Shown: piece by piece, positions 13,401-28,075 of the stretch
Numbering within the stretch: position 1 is the first letter of the stretch
Layout: each line of letters opens with the position of its first letter
NCBI RefSeq assembly: GCF_009914755.1
Contig: NC_060929.1
Length of the DNA stretch: 64,000 nucleotides
Strand: one strand, 5' to 3'
Origin: the human T2T-CHM13v2.0 reference genome, Homo sapiens
The notes under the pieces: model-generated
What the model was told of the DNA's origin: nothing
Database searches by the model: none
Seen by the model: the letters and a program-made list of their open reading frames with translations, nothing else
Position numbers and translations under genes: made by a program

Positions 13401-14849
13401 AAGAAGAATATAAATGTAAGAATGTAGAGGGTCACAAACATTGTTTGAAATATCCATGCTTTTCATTTTGGAGTGAAAAGAGGAAAAATACTAACTGTAA
13501 AATTAAATTCATTACTATATCAAAGTCAAGCCTGCCTATCAAGTCATTTGACAGTTAAAAATGTTTTGTTTATCCCATAAACTTTATGAAAAAACTAGTT
13601 CATTGCCAAAGGGATGTTACTTACAGCAAAATCTCTAGAAGCTCTGAAATAGAATTTGAGTTTTATTTGCATTTTATTTTTACATTCTTACTACTCTACT
13701 AACTACATTCTGCCTAAGTAAATATGCTCAAAGCTTTAAAAGTAGGCTGAATGAATCACTGGTGGAAAAATAATGACCAGGAGCCAACATCAAGCTGAAA
13801 AAACAAGAATCCATAATCTCCATATGAGAGGAAACTGTGTGGTAAGATGGATTTAATGGGTCTGGGCTAAAATGGTAAAAGTATAATGGATGTAGCTAAA
13901 ACAAACAAGGTCCAACTCTAAACCAGCACAAGAAAAACAGAGCAAGGGCATTTGATTTCATTTAAAAGAAATTAAATTTTAAATCAAAGTAAAAAATGTA
14001 AGTCATTACAATATTGAGGTAGTTAGTGGAGTTGACTGTATAAGAAATTGGCTACTGCTTTCAAAGGGCTTCATCATTTTAAAGCTATACAAATATTTGT
14101 CTTGGATAAGGTTAAAATTATGAAGACATCAAAATTCAAAGAAAGTTCAATGCCTTTTGGGGGTCAGAAAGTCTGAAAATAAAAAATTCATGTATTTTCT
14201 TTTGTTCATAAGAAATGAAAAGTGGTCTTTCATTTTTTCCCATCTAATATATCAATATAGCAACTTTTGTCAAACAAAGGAGATAAACATCTGGGTTACT
14301 ATGGGTAAGTTTTTCTCTTTCTTTTCTTAAGGGCAACCATGCTTTCCATTTGTCTGTAATACTAGAAATATTTCACTGTATTTTTCTACTGTATGCCTCA
14401 ACTCTATATTTGACTTCATTAGATTTTATAAATTGTCTCTAAATTTTATTTTGTGTTTATACTCTAAACAAATTTATACTTTAGGGTTTTTGCCTATGGC
14501 GTCGAAATAGTTTATCATTTTCTGACTGTAATTCCTGTAACATATTTAAAAATTAAAAACTAACTTTTTTCATGTTGAATTATATTGGAACAATGTTTTC
14601 TTCCTTATTTTTATATTTTTTCTTTTAAGTTTGTTCCCAATATCAACAAAAAATATATTTTTAATGTGCCTTTATTTTATCTCCACTCACATAACTCCTG
14701 GGAAAATTTTTTTTCTTGAGGATGAGTAACTATTTTAAAAATCATATTTTCTGTTCTTTACGATGCAAAACACTCTATGCCAATCCCTTTATTTGCCTTG
14801 TGGCCAGTCTCAGTATTTAAGATGGTTATTAGTAAGCTATCCAAAGACA

Positions 14850-15050
14850 TGTAAAAACTGAAGCTCAGAGAGGCTAGGTAATATGCTTAGCTATTAGCTT
14901 GGTGCAAAAGTAATTGCAGTTTTTGCCATTACTTTCAACTCTAAAAACCACAATTACTTTTGCACCAACCTGATACTTAGCACAACCAGCTAGTTACTGA
15001 GCAATGGAATCAAAATTGGAACTCATTTATTAAGCCAAGGTTTCTCTTTG
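14850..15050 (-). mobile_element. MIR interrupted by MADE1
   Basis: aaaactgaagctcagagaggctaggtaa...cacaaccagctagt. Confidence 0.7.
14894..14973. mobile_element. MADE1 MITE, 80 bp hairpin
   Basis: ttagcttggtgcaaaagtaattgcagtttt...aaaaccacaattacttttgcaccaacctga, TA-flanked. Confidence 0.95.
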
Positions 15051-15238
15051 TTCTAGTATATGAGGTTGCCTGTGGAAGAGTCAAAAAATTAAAGATCTGA
15101 CTGTAGCACTTTTGCAGTTTTTCTGTTTCATCATTTACAGTTTTGCTATTGGGGTTTGTTTTCTATGTATTCCTTATTATTTAAATTTTCAGTAACATGA
15201 CAAGTTACTGAAAGAGTGAATAGTGTTTTATAAGTTAA

Positions 15239-15561
<323 letters not shown>

Positions 15562-15863
15562 TTATGTTGTATATGTGTTATGTAAAAAAGAGAAAAAGGA
15601 ATCACAAGATTTTCACCATGAAACCAGAATGTGTTAGCGATTTTTCTCATGGAGGTGTGATTACAGGTAATCTTTAGTTTCTCCTTCATGCTAATCTGTG
15701 TTTTTTAAATTTTCTACAATGCCTACAGATTATTTTGATACATATTATTTTTTAAGAACAACTGTTACTACAAATACCAAAGTGTGGTTAAATTATCCCT
15801 CTTTTGTCTCAAAATATGGGAACTGAGAATAATAGTTTAAAGTATAAAGGAGATCTATCTTTA

Positions 15864-16516
15864 TGTTATTTATTATACTTTAAGTTCTGGGATACATGTG
15901 CAGAACATGCAGGTTTGTTACATAGGTATACATGTGCCATGGTGGTTTGCTGCACCCATCAACCTATCATCTACATTAGGTATTTGTCCTAATACTATCC
16001 CTCCCCTAGCCCCCAACCCACAAACAGGCCCTAGTGTGTGATGTTCCCCTCCCTGTGTCCATGTGTTCTCATTGCTCAACTCCCACTTATGAGTGAGAAC
16101 ATGTGGTGTTTGGTTTTCTGTTTCAGTGTTAGTTTGCTGAGAACGATGGTTTCCAGCTTCATCCATGTCCCTGCAAAGGACATGAACTCATCCTTTTTAT
16201 GACTGCATAGTATTCCGTGGTGCATATGTACTACATTTTCTTTATCCATTCTATCACTGATGGGCATTTGGATTGGTTCCAAGTGTTTGCTATTGTGAAC
16301 AGTGCTGCAATAAACATATGTGTGCCTGTGTCTTTATAGTAGAAAGATTTATAATCCTTTGGGTATATACCAAGTAATGGGATTGCTGGGTCAATGGTAA
16401 TTTTGGTTCTAGATCCTTGAGGAATTGCCACACTGTCTTCCACAATGGATGAACTAATTTACCCTCGCACCAACAGTGTGAAAGCATTCCTATTTCTCCA
16501 CATCCTCTCCAGCACC
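15864..16516 (-). mobile_element. L1PA7/8-like 5'-truncated LINE-1 (ORF2 C-terminus and 3'UTR)
   Basis: L1 3'UTR in antisense; perfect 13-bp TSD AGATCTATCTTTA (15851-15863, 16517-16529). Confidence 0.95.
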
Positions 16517-18608
16517 AGATCTATCTTTAAATCCCATTTTGCTCCTAGCATTTAACTCCTACAGTTATGAAGTTTAGAGAGGCAATAAATATAAAGCACT
16601 TGAGACAGTGCTTGGCATGCAAGCAGTGATTAATTAAGCAAGAGCAATTTTGTAAAGTAGCATTTTATCAATTTTATGAGATTCTGGGGTGCATTCTATG
16701 TTAGGAGGGATATCAGGGCACCCTAGAATGGGGTTTTGTTTGTGATAGGATGACAAGGAGAACTTATGTGGCATAGAGCTGTAGCTATGCTAATTTTTTA
16801 TTTTGCTGCAGAGTTGTAACATGTCTAAACAATGCCCTGCCAACTCAGAAGCCACAAATAAGGGCACACAATTTTACAATTTGCTGAATCTTCTATTTAT
16901 TTGGAAGTTATGGGATATGACAGAGGAGGCCCTTTTAGGGAAGCTTCATTCAGCCTGTCCAGTGAGAGAGTTACTCACTTCATCCTCAAGGTGAAACTAC
17001 AGAAATTGCTTTGCCTTTGCACTGCCCTAGGAACTGCTGACCACTCTACACTATTTCTAAAATGCTGATCAGATCACAGTTTCTCAATCAACTCTTTCTT
17101 ATTAAATTCCTTCCAAAGCTGTCTCTGTGCTGCTTATGCTTCCGTTAAAACTTAGATATTTAAGTTAATTTTCATTTGTTTTATATGTCTATTTCTCCTA
17201 TTACAAACAATAAACTATGCAGAAAGTGATTGTGCAACTTTAGTCAATAAATTGTAAAAACTTAAAAAAAATCAGTATTTATGGATTGCTTGGAGAATAC
17301 ATTGTAGTTAACTCTAAATGAGCAGATTATCATTTTATTTATTCCAAGGAACTGAAATAATCAGAGGTTTAGCAGGGGGTACTAAAAATGTTTAAATAAT
17401 TGAAACTTTTCTCAATAATTCAAAAGAATAGGAAAACATTTTTCTTAGGGGACAACTTGAAATATTTCTTAGGTGATTTCTGTATAAATAATATGACACT
17501 TGCAACAACTTTTTAGCTTTTCAAAACAAAAGAGAGTTATACTTCTTCCTAAATTAATAAAATATAATAGCAACATCATCTGTCTGTAGTACACAATTAA
17601 ACTATACTCAAAGGCATAAATAATAAAATTCTGTTCAAGCAAATGCATTGCATTTGTTTTTAAATGGACCATTAAAGTGTGGCTTTGAAACAAGCAGCAA
17701 ATAAATCCATTGTCAGATTTTTCTAAGTACTATTCTTTACTAAATTTAAGTATTCCTTCAATCATATATTCATTATGATCACTGTATATAGCCAAATGCA
17801 ATCTCCACACACATGAAAAAAAATTCTGGCAAAAGCTATGAGGCTAAGTTGGTGAATTAAAAGTCTCAGCAATTCTAATTTTTTTTCTTTTAGAAATAAT
17901 TGGTGAAAGTGTTCAGATAATAGAAAGAGAGAGAGAAAAAAGATAAAGGCCTCCAATATTTTGTTAGGTGGGACAAAAAAGAAATAGGAATTGCTCTTTG
18001 TTGCAGAAGTTGGAGACAAGTGGTTCATCCAACTTTTGTAGTGATTTTCTAAACAATTAGATCATTTGTTCTGCAAAGTGTTCTCTGTTACCACCGATCT
18101 AAGCCTTCTCATTTGTTACTACAGTTGGAGAATTCAGGTAAGGGGTATATTTAGGATTGTTCTTTCCTAACATATATAGAGTAACTGAAAGATTCCTAGG
18201 AAACTCTCTTATAGTTCTTGTTAAAGACACATTTAGATCCCAGGCTTGCTGATGATGTGGTGGGCATGGGAGAAATGGCTGCTTTGCATAAGTGTGTATG
18301 GGGGAAGAAGGATAGAATTTAAAATTATACCCCTATGCCAAACAATTTTACTTTGTTTAGATCATCCTCTATTTTGCTACAGAATTTAATGTCTTAATTT
18401 AATTAAACTTTATACTAAGTATTTTTTCTAAATTTTACACTACATATATCCATCCCAGAGTCTCATATAGCATGTTTCATGCTTGATGTACACTAATACT
18501 AAACAAAGTAAATATTGTAAAAATTTTAAACTGTCTCACTTTTTATTGTTACAGGTAGGTTTAAAAATAACAGATCTTTCAGTATTAGGAAACATAATTT
18601 TAGCAATC

Positions 18609-19897
18609 TGATATGGTTTGGCTGTGTCCCTACCCAAATCTCATCTTGATTTATAGTTCCCATAATCACCACGTGTCATGAGAGAGACACAGTGGGAGGT
18701 AATTTAATCATGAGGGCGATTATCATGCTGTTCTCATGATAGTGAGTGAGTTCTCATGAGATCTGATGATTTTATAAGGGGTTTTTCCCTCTTTTACTCA
18801 GCACTTCTCCTTGCTGCCATCATGTGAAGAAGGACGTGCTTGCCTCACTTTCTGCCATGTTTATGTTTCCTGAGACCTCCCCAGCTATGCAAAACTGAGT
18901 CAATTAAAACTCTTTCCTTTATAAAAAACTCTTTCCTTTATAAATTACCCAGTCTTGAGTATGTCTTTATTAGCAGAATGAGAATGGACAAATACAGGAA
19001 ACTGATATGGGTAGAGTGGGGTGCTGCTGTAAGGATACCTGAGCATGTAAAAGCTAATTTGGAACTGGGTAACAGGCAGAGGTTGGAACAGTTTAGAGGA
19101 TTCAGATGATGACAAGAAAATGTGGGAAAGTTTGGAACTTCCTAGAGACTTGGAGGGCTCAGAAGACAGGAATATATGGGAAATTTTGGAACTTTCTAGA
19201 GACTTGTTGAATGGCTTTGACCCAAAATGATGACACTGATATGGACAATGAAGTCCAGGCTGAGGTGGTCTCAGATGGAGATGAGGAACTTGTTGGAAAC
19301 TGGAGCAAAGGTGATTCTTAACTGTGCTTTAGCAAAGAGACTCGTGGCATTTTGCCCCTGCCTTAGAGATCTGTGGAACTTGAAATTGAGAAATGATTTA
19401 GGGTATCTGAAAGAAGAAATTTTTAAGCAGTAAAGCATTCAAAAGATGACAGAGCATAAAATTTTGGAAAATGTGCAGCCTCATGATGGTGTAGAAAAGA
19501 AAAACGCATTTTCTGGAGAGAAATCCAAGCCAACTGCAAAAATTTTCATAAGTAATGAGAAGCCAAGTGCTAATCTCCATGAGAATGGGGGAAATTGTCT
19601 CCAGAACATGTGGGAGACCTTTGCAGCAGCCTCTCCCATCATAGACCCAGAGGCCTAGGAGGAAAAAATGTTTCCTGGGCTTGGTCCAGGTCCCATCTGC
19701 TGTGTGCAGCTTCAGGACTTGGTGCCCTGAATTCCAGTCACTCCAGCCATGGCTAAAAGAGGCCAAGGTACAGCTTAGGCCATTGCTTCAGAGGGTGCAA
19801 GGTCAGCCATGCTTAAGTGTGAGTCAATTAAACCTTTTACTTTTATAAATTACCCAATCTTGGGTATATCTTAATTAGCAACATGAGAACTAATACA
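18609..19897 (+). mobile_element. THE1C-like element: 5' LTR (18609-18996), partial internal region (to about 19801), 3' end of second LTR
   Basis: LTR tgatatggtttggctgtgtccc...aataca; internal gtagagtggggtgctgctg...gcttcagagggtgcaag joined to an LTR 3' end. Confidence 0.93.
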
Positions 19898-21329
19898 CCA
19901 TTCTTGTGAATAGACACAAGTCTTTTTAGTCTGAGCTAGAAGAAATTGTTCAGATAAGTATGTGGGTCTCTAAAAATACATTTAAAACAATAAAGGGCCA
20001 TAGAATCTTATAATTATTTGTATTGAATTGAATGAATTTAATACTATACAGCTTTATTTTCAAAAATGTAACATACATAAAATATAGAAACATATTCCAT
20101 TAGTCTGTGACTCTTCAAAAATAAGAAACTTCTAGCATCAATTAATAGTAAGTAGAGACATCAAATATGCATCATTCCAAGGCTTTTAAATATTGTTGCT
20201 ATTCACAAGGCTATTATGTATTATCAAATGTTCAATAATGACTAATATTGTAATTAGCATTTATTTCAAACACATTATGTTGTATATCAAAGTAATTATA
20301 ATGCATTTAGCCTTGTTTTCAGATTTATTGCAAGTACTAAATTGTAATAATAGCTAAAATTTATTTCTGATTAATGTATTAATCTTATGTTTTATTACTT
20401 TCATAGAATGCAGGTATAAAAAATACATTTTTCAAACTTACTTCAAACTTAGTCAAAATTATATTTGTAAAATAAAAAATACCTTTGATAAGACAGCTGA
20501 AGTAATGTGTGTTTGATGATCAGAGGTTTGAATGCATAGCCTACAATTTTTTTACAAATAATATATTCACTCAATATACAAAACTCAACTGTTTTATGTA
20601 TATTAACTTTAATCACCAAAATATGCAAATATTGTCTGCCTCTTTTTTAAATCCAGAAGGTCTCATTTTTCCCAATGTGTCTCCAAATCAGATTCACTTA
20701 TAGGGATTCACTTACAGGAAAACTTGTGCTGTGCTATTTTTTATGATAATTGATTTTATTGTTTGGTAGTTCATGACAGAAGAGAGAAGAGAAGCTCGAG
20801 GCAGGGCCTGTATCCAGAGGCTAGAGACCCAGTGCAAGAGCTTTTGTAGCTGGTATATAACTATGTCTTACAGCTTTGAGTGCATGTATATTATTTGTAA
20901 CTGCTTTCATATGTGATAATCTGGTCTAAATTTAGTGCAAAATCACAGGAAGCAAATATATATATATATAAAATAAATAATAAATATATATATATTTATA
21001 TTTATATCTCTGAAAAGAAGCAGTCCAAGTTGGGGAGTAAACTGAACCAAAATTCTGATTCAATTAATATATTAAATTGGAATCATTCCCTGAAGCTCTG
21101 GGATTACTCTCTGCACAGATATTGGTTTACTACAAAGAGAACTATTTGGATATTGTAGTCATCTGAAACAATGCTAACTGAAGGATTAGAGAAACCCATA
21201 AATCCATCTGTCTTGGAAGAATTAGTAAGGTAAGAATACATACATATTAGATAGAAGGAATTCAGACATTTAAAGTAACATTTCTCAAACTATTTTGTTT
21301 GTAAAAATATTTCTTTGGAAACGGGATAT

Positions 21330-22240
<911 letters not shown>

Positions 22241-22311
22241 TACAGGTCATGTGAAGCCAGTAGTACTCTCATACAAAAACTGAACAAATAAGTATAAAAA
22301 AGGAAATGGCC

Positions 22312-22612
<301 letters not shown>

Positions 22613-25418
22613 GAAATGACCAATGTCTCTCATGAACTTAGACACAAAAATTTTCAACAAAATATGATCAAGTGGAATCTACCAATGTATAAAAAAATTT
22701 ACACACCACAGCCAAGTTGTACTTATTTCTGGTATGCAATGCTGGTTTGATATTCAAAAATTATTCAATGTAATCTACTATATCAGCCAACTAAAGAAGA
22801 AAAATTACTTGATCATACTAATTGGCCTAGAAAATCTAACATCCATTCCTGCTAAAATTCTCACCAACCTTAAGAACAGAATAAATACCTCAACTTGATA
22901 AACAACATATACAAAGAATCTACAGCTAGTATCACACTTCACAGTGAGAGACTGCATGCATTTTCTGTAAGAGTGTTAAGGAATGCCTGTTCTTATCACT
23001 TTTATTAAGTATAATACAGAAACGTCTAGCCAGCACAATAAATAAAGGAAATATAAGATACACAGAAAAAAAAAAGAAATAAACTGTCCTTATTTGTAGA
23101 TAGCATGATAATAAACATGGAAAATGCCAAGGAAGCTTACCCTTCAATCCACCCCAACCCCCCACCCCGGCCATAAAAAGCCCTATCAGAAAAAAAAAAT
23201 GAATTCTTCCAGGTCATAGCATAAAAATCAACAGACAAATCAAATTTCAATTTACCTAAACTAATAATGAACCTTTGGAAACAGAAATTACAAACACAAT
23301 ACCATTTGTAATTGTTCTAAAGAAAATAATATACTGAGATTAAAAACTTCAAAAATATGTATAGTACCTATATGCTGACAATTTGAAAATGCTGATGAAA
23401 TAGTTTTTTGAAAGACCTAAATAAATGGAGAGACATATCATATGCATGAATTGAAAAAGTTAACACAGTAAAGATGCAAATTCTATCAAAATTAAGCAAT
23501 AGGTTTTATACACTTTCTATTAAAATACCATCACTTTTTGGTGTGTGTGTGTGTGTGTGTGTTTGTGTTTGGTATACACGACAAAATGTAGGACTAACAT
23601 TCAGAAAACTAAAACTGGACCCCTTCCTTACACCTTATACAATAATTAACTGAAGATTAATTAAGGACTTAAATGTAAAACCCAAAACCATAAAAACCCT
23701 ATAAGAAAATCGAGGCAATACTATTCAGGACATAGGTATGGGCAAAGATTTTATGATTAAATCACCAAAAGCAATTGCAACAAAAGCGAAAATTGACAAA
23801 TGCGATCTAATTAAACTAAAGAGCTACTGCACAGCAAAAGAAACTATCAACAGACAGAACAGGCAACTTACAGAATGGGAGAAAGTTTTTGCAATCTACC
23901 CATCTGACAAAGGGCTAATATCTAGAATTTACATGGAATTTAAACAAATTTACCAAAAAAAAAAAAAAATCAAAAAGTGGGCAAAAGACATGAACAGACA
24001 CTTCTCAAAAGAAGACATTTATGTGGCCAACAAACATGAAAAAAAAGCTCAACGTCACTGATCATTAGAGAAATGCATATCAAAACAGCAATGAGATACT
24101 GTCTCATGCCAGTCAAAATGGCAATGATTAAAGTCAAGAAACAGCAGATGCTAGTGAGGCTGTGGAGAAATAGGAATGTTTTTACACTGTTGGTGGGAAT
24201 GTAAATTAGTTCAACCTTTGTGGAAGACAGTGTGGCAATTCCTCAAGTATTTAGAACCAGAAATGCCATTTGACTCAGCAATCCCATTATTAGGTATATA
24301 CCCAAAGGAATATAAATCATTCTATTAAATTATAAAAATGTAAAAAAAAATGTAGGGCTAGACAAGACAAGGAGTTATTAGCCTTGATGCTAAAGGCATG
24401 GTCCATAAATGGCAAAATTATAAATTAATTATACCTCGCCAAAATAAAAATAACTTTTGCTCTGTGAAGAATCTGTGAAAAAAATGAAAATCAAGCTACA
24501 CGCTGAGAAAAAAGTATTGGCAAAATATATATCTCACAAAAAGTTTTTATATCTAGATTATATAAAGAACTATGTCTCAAAATAAATAACTCTCGTAACA
24601 TTAAGAAATAAACCAAGTAGAAAAAATGGGCAAAAGACATAAATAGACCTTTTACTTAAGAATATATACAGATGGCAACAAGAACATAAATTATTTTTAA
24701 CACTATTAGCCACTGAAAAAATAAAAGCACAATGAATGAGATAGCTATTACAATGGCAAAATTTTTTAAAAAACTGTGAAAACACCAAATGACAGCAAGA
24801 ATGCGGAGAAACGATTTGCTGATACATTGATGGTGGGAATGTAAAATAGTACAGCCACTCTGGAAAATAGATTGGCAATTTCTTGAAAAATATTAAGCAT
24901 ATATTTACATATCAGCCAGAAATTACATTTCCACTCAATAATCCCAGAGAAATAAAAACTTATGTTTATACAAAAACATATACATGAATGTTCAGAGCAC
25001 CACTATTCATAATAACTCAACATTGAAAACATCTCAAATGTCCTTCAATGGTGAATTTTTAAACACTGTGCTACATCCATACCATGGAATACTACTTAGC
25101 AATACAAAGGAACATATTATAAATATATGAAATAACTAGGATGAAGCTCAAGGCAAATATACTTAGTGAAATAAGCAAATTTTAAAAGTCCCATACTATT
25201 TGATTACATTTATTTAACATTCTTGAAGTGACAAAACTGTGGCAATAGCAAATAAATTAGTAATTCCAGGGGCTAAAGATAGGGGTGGGATGGTGGGAGA
25301 GAATGCTGTGCAGGTGGATGTAGCCATCAAAGGGATATCAAAGCAGGAAGATCCTTGTGAAGTTGGAACTGTTTTATATCGTAAATATGGTGACAGTTAC
25401 ATAAATACAAAAATGTGA
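22613..25418 (+). mobile_element. Old L1M (MB/MC-like) ORF2 to 3'UTR, interrupted by a younger L1PA
   Basis: Diverged ORF2 motifs (aaagacctaaataaatggagagacata; catccataccatggaatactacttagc). Confidence 0.8.
23597..24346 (+). mobile_element. L1PA (older primate) ORF2 fragment lacking the 3'UTR
   Basis: [24 protein letters not shown]; flanked by aaaatgtagg(a/g)cta, 13/14 TSD. Confidence 0.9.
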
Positions 25419-25419
25419 T

Positions 25420-25453
25420 TATATTAGGGTTCTCTAGAGGGACAGAACTAATG

Positions 25454-25510
<57 letters not shown>

Positions 25511-25527
25511 TGTATGAGTTTATTAAG
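25420..25527 (-). mobile_element. MLT2A LTR terminal fragment with (TG)n
   Basis: tatattagggttctctagagggacagaacta...gagtttattaag. Confidence 0.85.
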
Positions 25528-25528
25528 G

Positions 25529-25617
25529 TTTTGTTTTGTTTTTGTTTGGTTTTGTTTTGTTTTTTAGACGGAGTTTCACTTGCTACCCAGGCTGGAGAGC
25601 AATGGCACGACCTTGGC
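25529..25617 (-). mobile_element. Alu 3' fragment
   Basis: (TTTTG)n tail then agacggagtttcact...ccaggctggagagcaatggcacga. Confidence 0.85.
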
Positions 25618-27582
25618 ATACTGAAACCCGAGCTTCTAATTCTTGCTAATATGTTTGTCAACAAGCACAGATTTATTAATGATCCATTATGGATCTAGAA
25701 TGCTCCAGAATAGAAGCTGAATAGATGTAGGTTTTTTGTTTAAGATTAAATCTAAAAACACACAAATACAGAATTCTCTTCTCTGTTTACTGATTTTTCT
25801 ATAAAGCAATTGAATGGTAATTTTTTTCAAAACTGTAAATATTTCTGTTTGGAATGATTATCTCTCTGACATATTAGTCTAATATTTTCAAGCTGAATTT
25901 CATTTTCTTGTTTCTTACTACATTTATGACCTCTGTAGGTAATTTATTTCTATGTTTATTATAGTCTTTTGTCCACCTACCAATATACTATAATTCACGT
26001 GTTCCACAAACATGTAGTTTGCCTTTCTTTTAGATTTTAATCTAATGTTAAAGAAGATTAAAACTCACACCAAATCCTATAGAATTTGCTCTTTGGAAAT
26101 ATTCACATCCCATTCAATGACATGTGTCATTACTCTTTAGGAATTTTGAGCCCTTTTTAATCTATGAAATTGTTCTTCTCAAATATCATAAGTCAATTCT
26201 GAAAATACTATTTTATGATGTCATATCAAATATTTCATAAATGAGATTTTACATGAGATAATACTTGTGATACCTGAAACATCTGATTAATTTTCTCAGG
26301 AAATAATCTATAGCTATACAGGCTCATCTATATTTTAAGCTGCTCAGCAGTCATTTTGAAATATCAAGTAAGCAGAGATATAAGTAGTTCCTTACAAATT
26401 TAGTCAGTGTCATCGTATAGAAGTATATACGTACAATTACACATGTGTATGTGTACATCATATATATGTACAATTGTATGTGTGCAGACACACACACACA
26501 TATGCTTCGATAGCTTCTAGTTTAATAATCCCATTTGAAATATAGTACCAAAAATATTCTGATTCATTTTTTCACTCAAATATATCCCCCATCAAAAATG
26601 TAGGCAATAGAGCCCATTCCTATTAAAACAATATTGATATCCAGAATACAATATATTTGCTAATTTCTTTCAGTTTCCTTAAATTATGTAAAGCACTTTT
26701 TATAATATGTTTTCTTAATAGCGTCTAGCGTAGTACACAACTTTCCACAAAACATTTCTTGTTGATAGTGCTGTTTCCTCTTCTTTCCATTAATGAATGA
26801 ATAAATAAACAAGTTTGTATATTAGCATTAGTTTTACAAGTTAAGTTGATTAATAATCTCATCTTTCTTATACATTTGTCAAATATTCTATCACCTATTA
26901 TTTTTCATGTACAGATTAAGATATAATAGTAAACAATATTTCAAAAACTGAATTTTAAGGACATAATAGTCTGCCTAACAAATATTTCTAAGGTGATATT
27001 GGCCCCCTATTGGACATAAGGTTTGCAAATCCATTCCCCAATTTCACAGGTTTCATTTCACTTTGTTGATTCCTCCTCCCTCTGCTGTGTAGGAATTTTT
27101 AGTTTGATACATAGTTCCACTTGTTTATTTTTGCATTTGTTGCCTGTGTTTTTGAAGTCATATTCATAATCTCTTTACCAAGACCAGTGTCAGGGAGATT
27201 TTTCTTTATGTGTTCTGCTAGGAGTTTGACAGTTTCAGGTCTTACATTTAAATCTTTAATCCATTTTGAGACAATTTTTGTATAATTAGTAGAGAGATAA
27301 GAGTCCAATTTTATTCTTCTGCATGTGGGTATCCAGTTTTAACAATGCCATTTGTTGAAGAGACTATCTTTTCCCCATTGTGTGTTCTTGTCAACTTTGT
27401 TGAAAATAAATAGCCCATAAATGCATACATTTATTTCTGAGCTCTCTATTCTGTACCATTGGTCTGTGTGTCTGTTTTTATGCCAGTATCATGCTGTTTT
27501 GATTACTATCAGTTTTTTTCTTAACAAATTGTTTTCATTGTTTAAACAGATTGATATTGTATTTTATAAGAACTCTGCACAT

Positions 27583-27835
27583 AAAAACCAAACACCGCAT
27601 GTTCTCATTCATAGGTTGGAAATGAACAATGATAACACATGGACACAGGAAGGGGAACATCACACACCAGGGCCTGTTGTGGGGTGGGGAGGGGTGTGAG
27701 ATAGCATTAGGAGATATACCTAATGTTAAATGACGGGTTAATGGGTGCAGCACACCAACATGGAACATGTATACATATGTAACAAACCTGCACTTTGTGC
27801 ACATGTACCCTAAAACTTAAAGTATAATAAAAAAA
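27583..27835 (+). mobile_element. L1PA3/4-like 3'UTR fragment
   Basis: aaaccaaacaccgcatgttctc...taccctaaaacttaaagtataataaaaaaa. Confidence 0.95.
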
Positions 27836-27944
27836 TTGTTTAAAACAACATCAAAATAGTAAAAGGATTGAATACAACATATATGTATGTGGAAAAATCC
27901 TATATATGTTAAATAATGATTACCAGAAAGAATTCTATAACTTG

Positions 27945-28075
27945 CAGGTCTCTAGTGAAAAATGAGAATAGTAATATATTCTATATTGAGTTTTTGTGAG
28001 CAATAAATTAGGCTGAAATTTAGAATGTTGTACAGTGTCTATTTCACAGTAGGTACTAAAAAATTATAACTATTT
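27945..28075 (+). mobile_element. MIR remnant
   Basis: gtgaaaaatgagaatagtaata...tttttgtgagcaataaatta...cacagtaggtactaaaaaatt. Confidence 0.6.

Noticed and set aside
14261-14304. Possible 44-nt exon ending at a consensus GG|GTAAGT donor
   Set aside because: The acceptor is weak (pyrimidine tract displaced from the AG) and the length is not a multiple of 3
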